Part shown: positions 37,801 to 52,430 of the stretch, piece by piece
Layout: each line of letters begins with the position of its first letter
How positions within the stretch are numbered: position 1 is the first letter of the stretch
From: Marsupella aquatica
Taxonomy: Eukaryota; Plantae; Marchantiophyta
Length of the DNA: 64,000 nucleotides
Assembly: GCA_973895155.1 (NCBI GenBank)
Contig: OZ316897.1
Coordinates: forward strand, 7,678,470 to 7,742,469
Direction: 5' to 3'
Program-made: the position numbers and the translations under genes
The notes under the pieces: model-generated
Databases searched by the model: none
Told to the model about the DNA's origin: nothing
Seen by the model: only the letters and a program-made list of their open reading frames with translations

Positions 37801-40800
37801 AAGGAAAAGCCACCTGCCGTACCGTCATGTGTCCGTAGGACAAGCAGGAGGACCGACGAGGAGGGCAAGGGGCCAGGGGAAAGTTAGGGGAAGGTGGGCC
37901 GTGCGGGGACCAGGGAACTAGGGGAGGGTTGGAACTGGGAAGGGGGCCCTGGCCCTGGCCCCGCCTAGGTGGTCTCAGCCCGGATATCCTTGGCCTTCAG
38001 TGGTGTGGAAACTGGGAAAGGGTACCTTTGCTGAATAACGAAGGATAGCATGGTCCGGTACAGCAATGACTGTTCTAGACGTGAGTTTGCATTTAGCCAC
38101 CTGACACCCTGAAGAAGATGCTCCAATGGACCACAATATGCACCCACGTAACTTGGAAGTACCAAGCAACTTTTGAGACCCAACCTGTGACCAATTTTGG
38201 TACCTGGTTGCTTTCGTGGTGCTCTCGTCCTTTGGTAGTTCTAGCCTTTTGGCTCTTTGGTGGCTTTCCCTTGATTAGGTCCGTCGGGATCATGTCTCCA
38301 GGTTGGGTTGTATTCTTTTGCAGTTTTAAATATAATTTATGCAAAGGGAAAAGACTATTTGAAAGTGTTTGACACTATAGTATGACATGTTCATCCCATA
38401 AACATGCTTTGTTTTTTGTCTTGTAGTGATATGTGTAAAACATATGATTTAATCATAATAAAATACAATAATAGAAGTATAATATATGCAAACAAATTCA
38501 CATAATGATTAGGAAAAGTACAAGTCTTATGGAATAAACATATTGAATAGTTGTGCACATAAGGGACACATACTCACTTGCCTGAGGTCATGACAATCAA
38601 TTCAATCAAAACCAGAAGGTTAGGAAAAAGAATCATGAGGGAAACTTAAGAACTAGTTGTCCACATCCCTCTATTAATTTATCTAGCTCATGAGAACAAG
38701 TAAAACTTCTTCTGTCAACTGGTGGAAATTTAAAATTAGACAGGTAAAGTTTCTGCTTAGGATAGCAAAGGTTAAAAAGTGAGGAGGGGTGTCAAATTGA
38801 ACTCAAAATACTCTAGAACAGCAAAAATTCAAAAGGAGTCCCAAAATTCATTCCTTATATCACAAATGATACATCTAGAAAAGGCACATTGAAATAAAAT
38901 TTTAAGACTGAAAATATGAATAAGACAAAATGTGAAAGGTGGATTCACCATATAGCATATAGCAACTTCAAAATTTGACAACAATGTATGGAGATTGCAG
39001 TGGTCTAGTGGAGTTGTTTGCTAAACTTTCTGCTGGTCCATCCGGGCCAAGAGTTCAGCCACCCTTTTACCAATAATTTTGGGAAAGCAAGTTCTTCCTA
39101 AACCTCCTAACCATTTCATTTTAGTTCAAAAATTTGGCCAAACGGGTTTTTCCCCTAGGAGGGCCAGGCTAAACCCCTGCAGTTCATTGGAACAAAAAGT
39201 CTCAACCACAACTTGGAAGTCATGGAGCTGAGGCAGGAGCAGAACACTCCTCAAAACAGGAGAGATAGAACAACCTGCACCTTTGGAAAGAAAATACAGC
39301 ACCCTCCTTCTCAACAGAATGATCCAGAACAGCCAATGCAGCTCACAATAAGCTATGAGTGGAAAGATGTTATTGCAACTCAAAGAAGGTCGGTTTTTAC
39401 AACTGAGAATATATATATTGGTCAACTTGGGCCTAAGTGCATATGGGTCAATTTGGGCATATGTTTATATTGGTCAGCTTGTGCATGAGATGCGTTTAGT
39501 AACAAAACAGTGTGTTAATGTGTCAAAGTGCATCATAAAGGGCAACATCCATTTATTCATTACTAGCCCAATGTCTATACGCTGTGGTATTATGATTAGT
39601 AAGTGGTGTTGAGCAAACACATTGTCAAAGCATGTGTGAGTTGGTCATAGTTAAACACTGAGGGAGTCTGCAAGTTGGTTTGGTACTTGGATTTCAAAGA
39701 TTGTGCGAGCTGTGAGGAGAGTGATGCGCTGGGTGCGGAACAGGGCTTGGAAAAGGTGCACAGTGGCACTCAAGGCCCATCTCGTGGTAAGGAAATAATG
39801 TTATCATAGTCCAAAGGCCAGGGAGGCCTCCCACCGGAATCACATTTCATAAATGACCATGAGGGTGGGATTGCATATTGAAGTGGTTAGATATGTTGGA
39901 AGGGCACTGTGGTTTTTTCTGTGCTGGATTTAATTAGCTTAATGTACTTTTGTAAAGAACGCATGTGAACCTATAAATTGAATGTTTTGAATTTAAGTGA
40001 CTCTATTTTACTGTATAGAGGATATACAATAAGTAATATTCTATCTTTTTTTGTTGCATACACTTTGTTTATTTCTTACACTTTTAAAAATCTAGTCCAA
40101 AATAATAGAAAAACACTTCAGTTGGACTCCACATGGTGCACATATATGATTTTTTGGAGTTGATTCCCTTGTAGTTGATTCCCTGAGGCCTTGCCTCTGA
40201 GGTTTGAGAAAAGTTTGGGAGTTCCTGCCTCCATTACATGAAACATGAGGGGCTCCATCCCTCTTCATTGCAGGGCATTGGGTTCAACATATCAAGCTAT
40301 TGGGACCCAGGGTACGAGCAACTGTTTTGTGCTAAAATGAGTATTCTTTCGTGTTCTTATGGAGCCCTTGGAGTAAACAAGGTCCTTGTGTACATGCTGT
40401 GCAAGTATGATGTCGTGAGGTATTTGATTTAAGCTCGATCTGGGCAGGAAAGTGGTGCCATTTTAGGCAAGCTGAGCACAAAGCTCTCCTGTATAGCCCA
40501 AGCTCCAAGCCAGAAGTTGCAACTCATGAAAGTACTTCTTGTGTTTGCTGCTGCTCTCATGGTGCATATAGCCTTCCAAATGCATTTGGCTTCCATGGAT
40601 CCTGAGCCCAAAGATTTTTTTAAACAATGCAGGGATGGGGAGCTAAGAGATTGAAAGGAGAAATTTGACAAGAAGGGCGCTGAACTGATGGGGCTCCAAC
40701 CAGAGTCAACACAAGTACCACAAATCCTATCACAACAAAGGAGCTAGGGATTGTGGAGAAGTCCTTCCAGTCAATCATGAGCTTGCCCAAGTGCCAGGAA

Positions 40801-41664
40801 TGATGGAGCACCCCCCTATGGATGGCAATGGTGAATTTCCATTAGGAGTGGACCCTGATAGGCCACACATTTATGAGGATTTGGTGAGTTGAGTCTAAAG
40901 TAAATTGCTTCATCAGTTTGATAGCTTTTGATTGCACATTTTTTTTCCAGCCCAATTGTGCAATGGTGACCAGGTCTGCCATGTTCTTTTGCAAATGATC
41001 AATCTAAAAATTGTCAGATGTGGATTCTTGTGACTTGGTGTCCAGTGTATTTGGTCTATTTCTGATAATTATTATGTGCTGTCATGTCAATATATACGTT
41101 CAAGTCTTGGGTACATTTTGAGTTTGTACCCTGAGCCTTTCGGAGATCAGTATGTGCTGGGGTATGTACTAGTACATACCTGAGTGGGTTTGCCAATGTG
41201 GCCATAGGTTTAATTTCCAGACATGTGCAATTTTTGCCAACCTTCAATAGGAAGAAAAGTGTTGCCTCAAGTGAAGTTATGTATACACTCTCTTATGTGC
41301 AAATGCTTAACACAGCTGGCTGCCTCTCATTGCATCTCTTTGCAATGAACTCTTCACTGCTCTTCCCATTGCACTGTCAGGCTTGAATTCTCTCAACTCA
41401 CATGATTTTCAAGTGCCTTTTCCTCCACCAGAGTGACCTCAGACCAAAGCCCATGCTACGGGAGTTTGGCTGTCAATTTGTGATGCCCCAGGTCCTTCAA
41501 AGTCGGCACAGGCCTCTACCAATGCATTGCCAGCTCCTTTATTGGGCCAGGGCAATAGTGGTGCATCGGTGCCTCCAAAATTGGCTGACCCTCTAGCGAA
41601 CGTTGATGACAAGGACGATTCTGATTTGGAAGCTGCTTTCTAAGGCATTCCTGAGATGAACATT

Positions 41665-41966
41665 CAGAGTGATTGGCAATATCAATGCACATTAATGCAT
41701 CGACATTGCCCGGTTATAGGGTAACCCCCGTAATTACCTATAATTAGCCCTTCGGGCAGTTGCGCCCCTATTCGGGCAGACTGTCCCTTGCGGACCGCCG
41801 ACCTAGTCCCTGAGAGCAGCACCGGGCTGCCTCAATTGCCCAGCCCCTAACTCCACGCGATCGGTCCCGGGACCACTGCCGCCCGGCCGGCTCCTAACTT
41901 TCCCTCTCAGGTCATCATCGGTACCCCGGAATGCATTCTCTCTCTCCCGTAAGATACACCTAAAGA
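41665..41966 (+). repeat. Left TIR (~300 bp)
   Basis: Reverse complement of 63137-63510 apart from a ~75-bp duplication in the right copy. Confidence 0.92.
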
Positions 41967-42176
41967 TAACAACATGTTGCCACTTCTACGCATTCAAATG
42001 GTCAATACACTTTCAAATGTTTATACACTTTTCAGCGGGATCTAAGTTCATCGCGCGTAAGCTCTGCACATTCCCTGGCACAACATTCTGCGTTTTGGTA
42101 TGGAATGTCTTGCAATCTGCCAATTTGTGCTTCTCGTGCAGTAACCCCATGCGCTCATGTGGGGATAAGAAGTCAC

Positions 42177-45100
42177 TGTTGAGCATAGACAACATTCGTA
42201 ACGGCAAGCCCATGAACCATCCAATGCACAATAGTCGACACAGAGAGATACGTGGTTCACCTCCACATGAGGCTACGTCCACGGGAACACACAAGAGCTT
42301 TACTGCACTCTAGGCCGACCGGCCATACCAAGCATCCACAGCACAAGCTCTCCCTATCTCTCAACTAACTCCGTAACAATGAGCCTCTGTTCCACCAGGG
42401 TCTGGCATCAGCCCTGGCTATATGCACAACAGCACTACCGCTAACCTTAGCTAGGTCCTAACCTGAGTTAGCCTAACTATGGTTAGCACAAGAGTCACAA
42501 GACTAGAGCAATATCTAACAAACTCCCCCTTGACTCTTGTCTTGGGGACTGGACTAAATGCTACCATATGGAATCCTCAGCGGGAAGTTCTAGACAATCA
42601 CCAAACCAGGTCTCCCCCTAAAAACTACAAGGGTTAACTAAGGGTTAACTAGAACTAAGCCGTAGCCTAACAGGAATGAGTAATCCATATACAAATAGTC
42701 ACACATTGCTAAATAACTCTACTTGCACTACAACTGCAAAACCTGCAAAGTAGCACGGTGTCTTGAGAAACTCTCCAAAGGAATCACTTTGGTAAAGGCA
42801 TCAGCGGGATTGAGCTTTCCATCAATCTTGACTAGCTCAAAAGTTTTATCAGACACTGCTTGCTTGATAAAATGGTACCTGATATCAATGTGCTTCACCC
42901 TACTATCCATCACCTGGTTAGCAGCCAAGTGAAGAGCACTCTGACTATCACAGTTTAGAGTCATTTTTCCATGCTCTAAACCCATCTCCGCGATCAACTT
43001 ATCCAACCAAATTGCTTCCTTTGCTGCTTCTACTGCTGCAACATACTCTGCTTCTGTAGTAGACTGAGATATGCACTTCTGCAAGGTAGATTTCCAACTG
43101 ATACATCCTCCTCCAAGAGTGTAAACAAACCCAGTTGTAGACCTCCTTGTATCCAGACAGCCTCCATAGTCAGAATCTACATAGCCAACTAATGTTCTAT
43201 CTGATCTGTTATCAAATAGTAATCCATAGTCCTGTGTACCCTTGAGATACTTGAGAATCCACTTCACAGCTTCCCAATGTATCTTCCCTAGATTTGACAT
43301 GAATCTGCTGACCTTGCCCATCGCTAGGGCCAAGTCAGGCATAGTACAAGTCATCAAATACATCAGACTGCCTACTGCCTTCTCATAAGGAATCTTAGCC
43401 TTCAGACCTTTCTCCACAGCATCCGTAGGAGAGAAAGCCGATGATAACTTGAAATGTGAAGCTAAAGGAATACTCACTGGCTTACAGTTCTCCATGTTGA
43501 ATCGTGCAAGTACTTTCCTCGCATACTGGCCTTGACTCAAGCACAACTGTCCAGTCTCAGAGTTCCTAAAAATCTCCATCCCTAAGATCCTCTTGGCCTT
43601 ACCAAGATCCTTCATCCTGAATTCAACACTCAATTTTGCCTTGAGTCTGTCAACCTCAGATTGATCTTTAGCCACAATCAGCATGTCATCCACATAGATC
43701 ACCAGAATGATGAAACCGAATACATCATTCTTGACTGATTTCGTATACACACAAGGATCATACACCATCCTTGTAAAACCTTGAGCAAGCATGAAATCAT
43801 CAAACCGCTTGTTCCATTGTCTGGGAGACTGCTTCAATCCATACAAGGACTTGAGCAATCTGCAAACTAAGTTCTCTTGGCCCTTCTTCATAAAGCCTAG
43901 TGGTTGTCTCATGAAGATCATCTCTTCCAAGTTGCCATAGAGAAAAGCAGTAACAACATCCATCTGATCCATCACCAAACCAAAAAACACAACAAGCTGA
44001 CACAAGATCCGAATTGTGGAATACTTAGCTACCGGTAAAAAGACCTCATTGTAATCCACTCCTTTCTCTTGAGTGAATCCCTTGGCAACAAGCCGTGCCT
44101 TGTAGATCTTATCTCAAACCTCTGAAGGACTGTCCTTCAACTTGTAAATCCACTTGCTGTCCACCACTTGCTGACCTCTTGGAAGCTCCACCAGCTCCCA
44201 TGTCTTGTTGTCACTCAAAGATTGCAACTCCCTCTGCATTGCTGCATTCCACTCATGCTTCTGCTCTGAAGCACAAGCCTCACTATACGAAGAAGGCTCT
44301 CCTTCTTCCAAGATCAAAGCCATATCATCTTCATCAGGTGCAATGTCAATATCATCTAGCTTAGATGAGTCTGCCCATTGACCATACCTGGTAGGAGCTC
44401 TAGTAGAACGACTGGAAGTTCTTCTAGTAGATGACTCAGGCTGATCTACTGTTGTTGCTGGTTGAATTTGAGGTACCCCAGCAACAATCTGCTCCTCTTG
44501 TTCCATCATAGGAACCAGCTCCAAGCCCGAAGCTTCTTCATCTCTCCTGTCATGAATTGCATCATGACTAATCTCCCCCTCAACCCGGTCCGGGATGGGA
44601 GATTTCCCCTTGTCAGTATGGGAGTCCTGAGAACTCTCCCCCTCCTTTGATGATCTGGATTCATTAAAGGACACATCTCTACTGACAATTAGTTTACAGG
44701 TTACTGGATCCCATAACCTATAACCCTTAACACCTTTCTGATAGCCAAGGAAAATGCACTTCTTCGACTTGGACTCCAGCTTGGATCGAAGCTGGGAAGG
44801 TGTAAGCACATAAGCATCACATCCAAAAATCCTCAGATGTGAGTAATCTGCTGGACGCCCGTACCTCATTTCAAATGGCGTCTTGAATCCAATAGAATTG
44901 GATGGAGAAAAAATTACCAAATAAGCTGCAGTGTTGACAGCTTCAGCCCAAAACTCATGTGGTAAGCATGATTGACTCAACATACTCCTCGAGCGGTCCA
45001 ATAGTGTTTGGTTGAGTCTCTCAGAAACACCATTCTGCTGAGGAGTATAACTTGTTGTGAGATGGCGGGTGATCCCCTGCTCCTTACAATACGTTCCAAA

Positions 45101-48100
45101 TTCACCGGAACTGTATTCACCGCCATTATCCGATCGAAGATATCTCACCTTATTACCAGTCTGATTCTCAACTTGGGCTTTCCACTCCTTAAAAGTGGCA
45201 AAAACATTAGACTTATTGTGTAGAAAGTATATCCACACATACCTTGAGTAATCGTCTATGAACGTGACATAGTATAACCGTCCAGAATGTGAGGGAGTAG
45301 GGGCTGGACCCCACACATCACTATGTACATACTCAAGTACCTCCTTGCTGGTGTGAGTTCCAACTCCGAAGGGTTTCCTGTGCTGCTTCCCTAGCACACA
45401 GTGCTCACAAAATTCCAACTTACAAGATTGCAAATTAGAAAGTAATCCTTTCTTCTGAAGAATAACCAAACTTTTTTCACTCATGTGGCCCAAACAGAAG
45501 TGCCACAGCCGGGCCGTCTCCTCATGAGATAAGGTTACATTGGCTTCATCACAGACTACACTGCCCTCCAAAACGTATAGATTGCTATGTCTCTTTCCCT
45601 TCAATACAACTTTAGTACCAGTTGAAACCTGAAGGACACCATTAGCAGAGCTCCACTGATGGCCATTTGCTTCTAAAACTCCAAGTGAAATGAGATTTTT
45701 CATCATGCTGGGAACATGTCTCACATTCCTCAACGTTCTCACAACACCATCAAACATCTGAAATCTTACAGATCCAAGTCCAACAACTTGACATGGGATT
45801 CCATTTCCCATCAACACTGACCCGTTGGAAACCGTGTAAGAATTGAAACAATCTCTCCTAGAGCAAATGTGAAAAGTACATGCACTATCTAGAATCCAGT
45901 CATCACTACCTGGATTTGACACTACGTTGAGAGCATAACTTTGACATCACAATATGTCAACATCATTGAGTAAATCTACCTCATGCGAGCTCGATGCCGC
46001 ATTAGCAGAGGCAGTAGGGACCTTTACTCGATAATCCCTTTTCATGTGGCCAGGCTTGCCACAATTCCAACATGCAAGAGGCTTCCTCTCTTGTGATTTC
46101 CCTCTGGACTTAGATCTCCCCCGTGATGTAGATCTAAACCTGTTCTGCCCATTCGTGCGCTGCGCTGCTCTTCCCCTGTTCACATTGAGCGCAGTGCCAG
46201 AAGAAGATGCTGTCTGTGATTGACCTAGCTTCTTCTGAGCATCATTAGACAATAATGAGCTCACCACCTCATTATACGAAATGGACTTCAGATCTCTGTA
46301 CAAGAGCACCTGTTTCAAGCCCTGATAAGACGGTGGTAAGGAGCTTAGCAGAAGCAAGGCCTTATCCTCATCTTCAACTCCTTTTCCCAGGTTTGACAGA
46401 TCCACCGCTAGACTGTCAAATTCATCCAAGTGATCCTGCATCTTGCTCCCTTCCTTGAGCCTAAGGCTCATCAAGAGACTTCTTGTACAACCGGTCTGAC
46501 GCATCTTCCCGGTAGTACTTCTCTCTTAGAGCCTTGAACAGTGACATGCAATCCGCATAATCATCCAGTTGTTTGATGATGTGCGGCTTGAGATATAGCA
46601 TCACTACATTGACAGCAATCACCTGCTCCTGTCTCCATTGTCTCACAGAAATCTCCTCCTCTCCATCATACTGCTCTCGCGAAGAGAGCAGATGAGCTAA
46701 GCCCATGGCCCGTAGAACACCCTTCACTTGCTTCTCCCACAGCAAGTAGTCAGTACGACCATCGTACTTCTTCACCTAAAACTTTACTCCTCCGAATCTA
46801 GCCATCTCCCTCTTCTTCCCTACTACCGACAGCTCTGGTAGCAACACAGCTTCCTCCACTGCACGTCGCACCAGTGATCGTACCGGTGTCACTAGTTCTT
46901 CCTCAAACGGTAGCAACTCCTCCTCAGACTCTCCGTCTGACCGTCGCGATCTTGAAGCTCCACCGACGCCAATTTTTCCAGTATCCTCCGAGTCACTCAT
47001 ATGAAACAATCACGAAAAAACATCTTTTTTCGAAACTTCTCATAAAACTCAAAACTCAACACCGCCGCATAGCCCACGAAGCTAGGAGTCCAATACTGAA
47101 AGCCAAAATCAAAATCAAAATTCGACGGAAAAGTTATTCAAATTTTGGTCGGGGTGGGTAAAACCTTGGGAAACTCCCTCGTTTTGACCACCTCGGAGAA
47201 TAACCAAAATACCCAGTACAACCCGTCGTCGGAATCGCGATGTGATCGGTGCGCCGCGTTGCTAACTCCAGTGGCAACGTCCTCACCAAAAAAGAACCAA
47301 AAAAGTTACCGTTCGGCGGACGGAATCTTTGTCGGATGGCCAAAAAATAGCTCTCTGTTTTTCGGGAATATTCCCGCACAGTACAGCAGGTCTCACAAGG
47401 GGCAGTTCCCCCTGTCCAAGCGGTTAAAACGGAGGGCGGCAGGTCCCGGCACATGGGACAAACTAATGAGAGGGAAAAAAGGCTAAAAATGGGCACTAAA
47501 GGGGGTGCTCAAGCCCCTTAAAGCCTAAAATACCACGTAAAGGGCCGGGGGTACGAAGGGCGTATGGCCGGTGTCGGGGCAGGACGAGGGTACAGCCGCG
47601 TACAAGCGGCGTAGAGCCGCAAAGGGCTAGGCATACGATGACAGGGCGGTGCCGCGGTAGCGACCGACATAGTATGGCGGAGGGCGTACGAGCGCGCAAA
47701 AAGCGCCGGCCGGTGTTGCGCAGCTCGTCGTCGTGGCTGAAGGATGAGGGGAAAACAAGGTGCGGGGGGGTTGGGCGTACAAGGGGAAACGATGGGGGAC
47801 CAAGGGCCGGGACGGTGTGTATACACACCAAAAGTGGCCCTAACCAAAGCCAAGATTTGACTTTAAAACAAAAAAGCCGTTTACACACCTTGAACGCCGC
47901 TGCTTCTCACGAGTAAAGTGAACGTCGCGGATGGGAAATGTTGCCGAATTGCACCAGCACAGTCTGCAGCTCCAGTAGAGAAAAAAAATTCGCTGCGTCA
48001 CACTCACTCCACGTCAAGTGCCAATCCCGGACTCAAAACGACCGTTTCGCCGCGATCAAACCGTTGAGCCGTAGCACTTCGCGTTTCTCCCACCGAGTCG

Positions 48101-48906
48101 GACGTCACGAAGAGAAACCCGGTTTAGATGAGAACAAGCTCCATAGCTTGTGAAAAAACCTGAACGCCTCCGTCACTCGTCACGTCGCACTTGGTAACAA
48201 CTCGACAACAAATCAACTACCGAAACGATCAGCTTGCTTCAACCTTCAACTTGAGCTACAACATGCGACGCCTCCCGCACCGCACAGCTCACACCATTGA
48301 AGAAACAATCTCTAGTTTCTCCCCCGAAATACCGTCGAACACGAATAAACCCTGAACGACGCAAACTTCAATTCCTCTGCACCACGGATACCGATCAGCG
48401 AGTTCTAACCACCGTTAGAAAGCCCTCTCACTAACCTATCCGCTCAGCCACACACATTCAAGTTTCATGCGACAAAACTCTGAATGTGCCATCAACAATG
48501 AATGCTGGAAAAACACGTCACGAAAAAACCTCGTCACCTCCCAGGCATGCTCTGATACCACTTGTTGAGCATAGACGACATTCGTAACGGCAAGCCCATG
48601 AACCATCCAACACACAATAGTCGACACAGAGAGATACGTGGTTCACCTCCACATGAGGCTACGTCCACGGGAACACACAAGAGCTTTATTGCACTCTAGG
48701 CCGACCGGCCATACCAAGCATCCACAGCACAAGCTCTCCCTATCTCTCAACTAGCTCCGTAACAATGAGCCTTTGTTCCACCAAGGTCTGGCATCAGCCC
48801 TGGCTATATGCACAACAGCACTACCGCTAACCTTAGCTAGGTCCTAACCTGAGTTAGCCTAACTGTGGTTAGCACAAGAGTCACAAGACTAGAGCAATAT
48901 CTAACA
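42177..48906 (-). mobile_element. Ty1/Copia element A, full length but decayed
   Basis: 344-bp LTRs at 42177-42520 and 48563-48906 (about 8 transitions apart). TSD gtcac at 42172-42176 and 48907-48911. iMet PBS at 48549-48560; PPT at ~42521-42533. Confidence 0.97.
42728..47000 (-). pseudogene. Copia A gag-pol
   Basis: KYDGRTDYLLW, CWNCGKPGH, WILDSAC, WH..LGH..C..C, HSDVWG, SDNGGEY, QNGVSER, YVDDM, YVDSDY, KHIDIRYHF. A stop at 46776-46778 and frameshifts near 46490 and 44115. Confidence 0.95.
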
Positions 48907-48918
48907 GTCACTGCTGCC

Positions 48919-51900
48919 ATGTCCACATCTGTGTTTGATATTGCAGGGTTGGAGGCCTGCTCGGGGGCCTGCTTGGATGCTTTCAGTCCACGACATGATC
49001 CACCTCTACCATATGCAGATGGTCTTGTGCCAGATGCTCTGAATCATGTTTTGCAACAGTTGCATGGCTTGAGCATTGATTATGATGCAGAAATGGGAAA
49101 TTTGCACCAGCCACTAAAATTGCCGACGTTGCGTAAAAGCCATTCCCAACATGCCAAATGCGATAGAATTCAGACTGCTCCTGGGGAATTTGAGTATGGT
49201 GTTCTTGAGTGGTATGGATCCAAAAGTGATTATGCTTGGATTCCGGAAGGCAGGCTTCAAGATTTCATATGGGGTGAGAACATGAGGCAGGATTTCCACA
49301 CCCAATTCTCCACGAGGCAAATGACAGAGAACCGTATCTACAAAACCGGGCCTTTGATCAAGACCACAACCTTGTATTGCTGTTGTTTTGGCCCTGAAGA
49401 CTATCGCGGATGGAAATCCACAAAGGTGCCTGAGAATTTGAAATCCAAGGACGAGAAGGTGTTTTTGAAGAGCAAAACTGTGATAGGTAATTATTTAATT
49501 TGGTGTGTTGTATATAGCTATGTACAGCCTTTTCATGTCATATATCTTCAACATTGTCTAATCTTCTTTGTGGAATGTGTGTTCTTCATAGGAATGTCTG
49601 TTCATCGTGGCTGTCGATGTTCTTTCACTTCCACTAAATATGAGGACCGCCTAGGGGCTATACTCATCAGATGGATACGCAAAATGCATTTGGACAGGCA
49701 GGATAAGGTTTGCCATGGCCTCCAAGACTCGACAGCTTTTGAAGCTAATGCTCATATAGTTCCACAAATTTCCTTGAAGTTACAAACTAAAATTGAGCAC
49801 TACCTCAAGGTAGGGTTGACTGCAAGGGCAATTGTGGATGCACACTTTGAAGAGATCCTTACAAGATGGCGGAAAGACCACCCAGTTGAAGATGCCGATG
49901 TAATCATGTCCAGGGACATGCAATTGACTCCTAGAGACGTGCAGATAGTAAGGGATTCTATGCGTCGCCGACAACCGGATTACTATTCTGACGAAGCCCA
50001 AGCCACAAGCTTGTGGGTCCTACATAACGATGACCAAGTCCTCCTTTTTCAACCACAAATAAAAGCCAAAAATCAGCCCTTTATCCTGATGTGGGAGTCT
50101 CCTTGGCAACAAAAAAAGGTAGCTGAACTTGGTCACGATGGACCAGTAGCGTTTGATGCTACCTTTGGGACAAATCACTTGGGTGTAAGTAGTGCTGCTT
50201 CTATGGATTTTGGGCTCATGTATTTGCCTCTCTCGTTCAGGCTTCAATCACAAATGCACAAACTCATTTCAATGTCTTAAATTAATATTTTTTCATGTAT
50301 CGTAGTTCCCATTTTACACGGCGGTAGGTCTTTGACAAGTTCCAGAATGCAATTCCTGTAGCCTTTGCAACAAACATGCAAAGCTTTGCAAGTCAGGCAG
50401 GAGTTGACCGCGCTAAAGGATTGCATAAACTCCCAGAGGGCAGACCTGAATTTGGCACTTCCTTGGATGCCTAATTGTTGGATTGTTGATGTAGCAGACG
50501 AAGAGCAAGTTGCGATCAGGTACTTCCGAGACGGTATAGATTACATGCAGTTTTCCGACTAATTAGGCCATCTTTTTTTGGGCCTTTTTTGCAATTTGAC
50601 TATGTGCATGGCTCATCATGTTTGCAGGGAAGTCTTCTCGGATGTGCCCATTACATTCTGTACATGGCATGTTTGAAGAGCCTGGATGAAGAACATAATC
50701 TCAAAGGTCTTTTGTCCATTTGCCAAAGCCCAGATCAATTTAATCTGGGGCCAATCATGTATTCCGACACCGATGATACCAGTGAGTTCAATTCATTGGC
50801 AGCACAGTGCCTTCCAAAAAGCATCCTAGACCATTTGCGCAAGTAATACATTTTGAGCACTGGCAAGAATATGTGGTTTTGGCCATTGTTGACAACTCTC
50901 AAGCCTTCATGGATCGATGGATACAAACCCAGCCAGTGTTTGTGGCATATTACAAAAGAGAATGGCATCAGAAGGTGTGCGGCTGGGCAGTGAAGCTACG
51001 AACATACCGTCATGCAAATCAGAATACTAATGGTGGTATCGAACGTTGGCACCACACACTCAAGATAGAGTTGAAAGCGGGTAGGTACAGTATTACAGGA
51101 CGAACCATACCTTGGCTGCTAGGTTGGTTGAGAGTCCTGGAGAATCATTACTAGTGCATTGGTGCAACCAAATTTCAAGGACGCATCAGGAACAAGACGA
51201 TCAAAGGGCTTGTGCATAGGTCCTTAAACAGGGCCAAGGCAATCCCAGATGATTATGTGCAGACTTTTGAGTGCGGCATGGTCCATTGTGCATGTGTTAG
51301 AAGCACTTCATCAAAGAATTTTTCCCGTAAGGAGCATCTTGTAACCGGACTTGTAACCGATCGGGACAACGATAGTTGCTCCTGTACATGTGGGTATTCT
51401 CTTCAGGGTAATGCATGCAAGCATCAGGTAAATCCCATCAATCCTGCATGATTTGTAATATAATATCATGAAAAGGGTACATGATCAGGTTTTGCTGAGC
51501 AATACAATCTGATTGTGCAGATAAAAGTTCTGTTGCTTACAAAGAGGATGACCAAATTGGAAGTACTCCATCAACTTGGAACTAAAATGGGTTCATTTGC
51601 AGGAGGTCTCGACCACCATTTCAATGTTGCACATGGGGAAGCCCCACAATTGCCCACTGAGGTTGCAGATGTCAATCTCACTTATGGCTCTGACGATATT
51701 TGGGACATTGTACACACTGATGCCACACAGGCATTTGAAGTGTGTCCGCCCCTGGAGGACTTCCAAGCACTGGTAAGCAAATGTTATGGGCAAATCTCAT
51801 ACCAACTAACACTGGGTAAGAAAGCTTACAGGGAATTGTTGTTGTGGATGGAGTCTATGTTGAAACAAGAAGCCCAACAGAATGTGGGAATGTTGGAGCG

Positions 51901-52430
51901 AGAGTCAGGTTGCAAGGCACTTACGGTTGCCAAAGGGACCGACAGAACTCCTGTTAGGAAACGAGGATGGGTGGACAAAATGATGGTTGCCAACCACAAA
52001 ACCAAGCGCAAGGGGAAGGGGAAGCAAGCTCATGACATCACCAACAAAGAGAATGAGCCATTGTATCCCCAAGGGGACTTGCACAATTTGGTTGACCAGT
52101 GGACCCAATGCACCAAAGAAACTACAAATCGAATGCCAGGAGAAGCAGCCATCATTCCAAGCAAAATTTGAGAAGGAATACGTAGGTGCGCTAGCCGACA
52201 TGTCCCAAGCCATCTCAGACCAAGCGGACACCAAAGGGAAATCAGAACAGCCAAATCCGTCCATGCCAAGGAGGACCAAAAAGACTCGAGTAGCCCTGCC
52301 ATTTCAGTACAAAAAGTACTCACCCAGGCTTCGCAATCAGCCGTCTTCAAGGGCTTGTAAGGTCGGCAAACATGGACCTCATTGGAAACATCCATATTGG
52401 ATCCAGCTAGGCCTAGGCTATCTTGCCTAA
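48919..52430 (+). pseudogene. MULE-type DDE transposase with C-terminal SWIM finger, multi-exon
   Basis: HRGCRCSF, H..CHG, FDATFGTN, IVDVADEE..AI|EVF....FCTWHV.RAW, NTNGGIERWHHTLK, CTC.....GNACKHQ. GT-AG introns include 49487-49591, 50185-50305 and 51428-51520. Several stops and frameshifts. Confidence 0.88.

Noticed and set aside
47134-48540. env-like or extra ORF in Copia A
   Set aside because: This is the 5' leader between PBS and gag, partly homologous to the Copia B leader, with no conserved frame.
48865-48918. LTR-derived N-terminus of the 471-aa ORF
   Set aside because: Chance open frame from the Copia A LTR. The likely start is ATG 48919, and the ORF also reads through a 105-bp intron.
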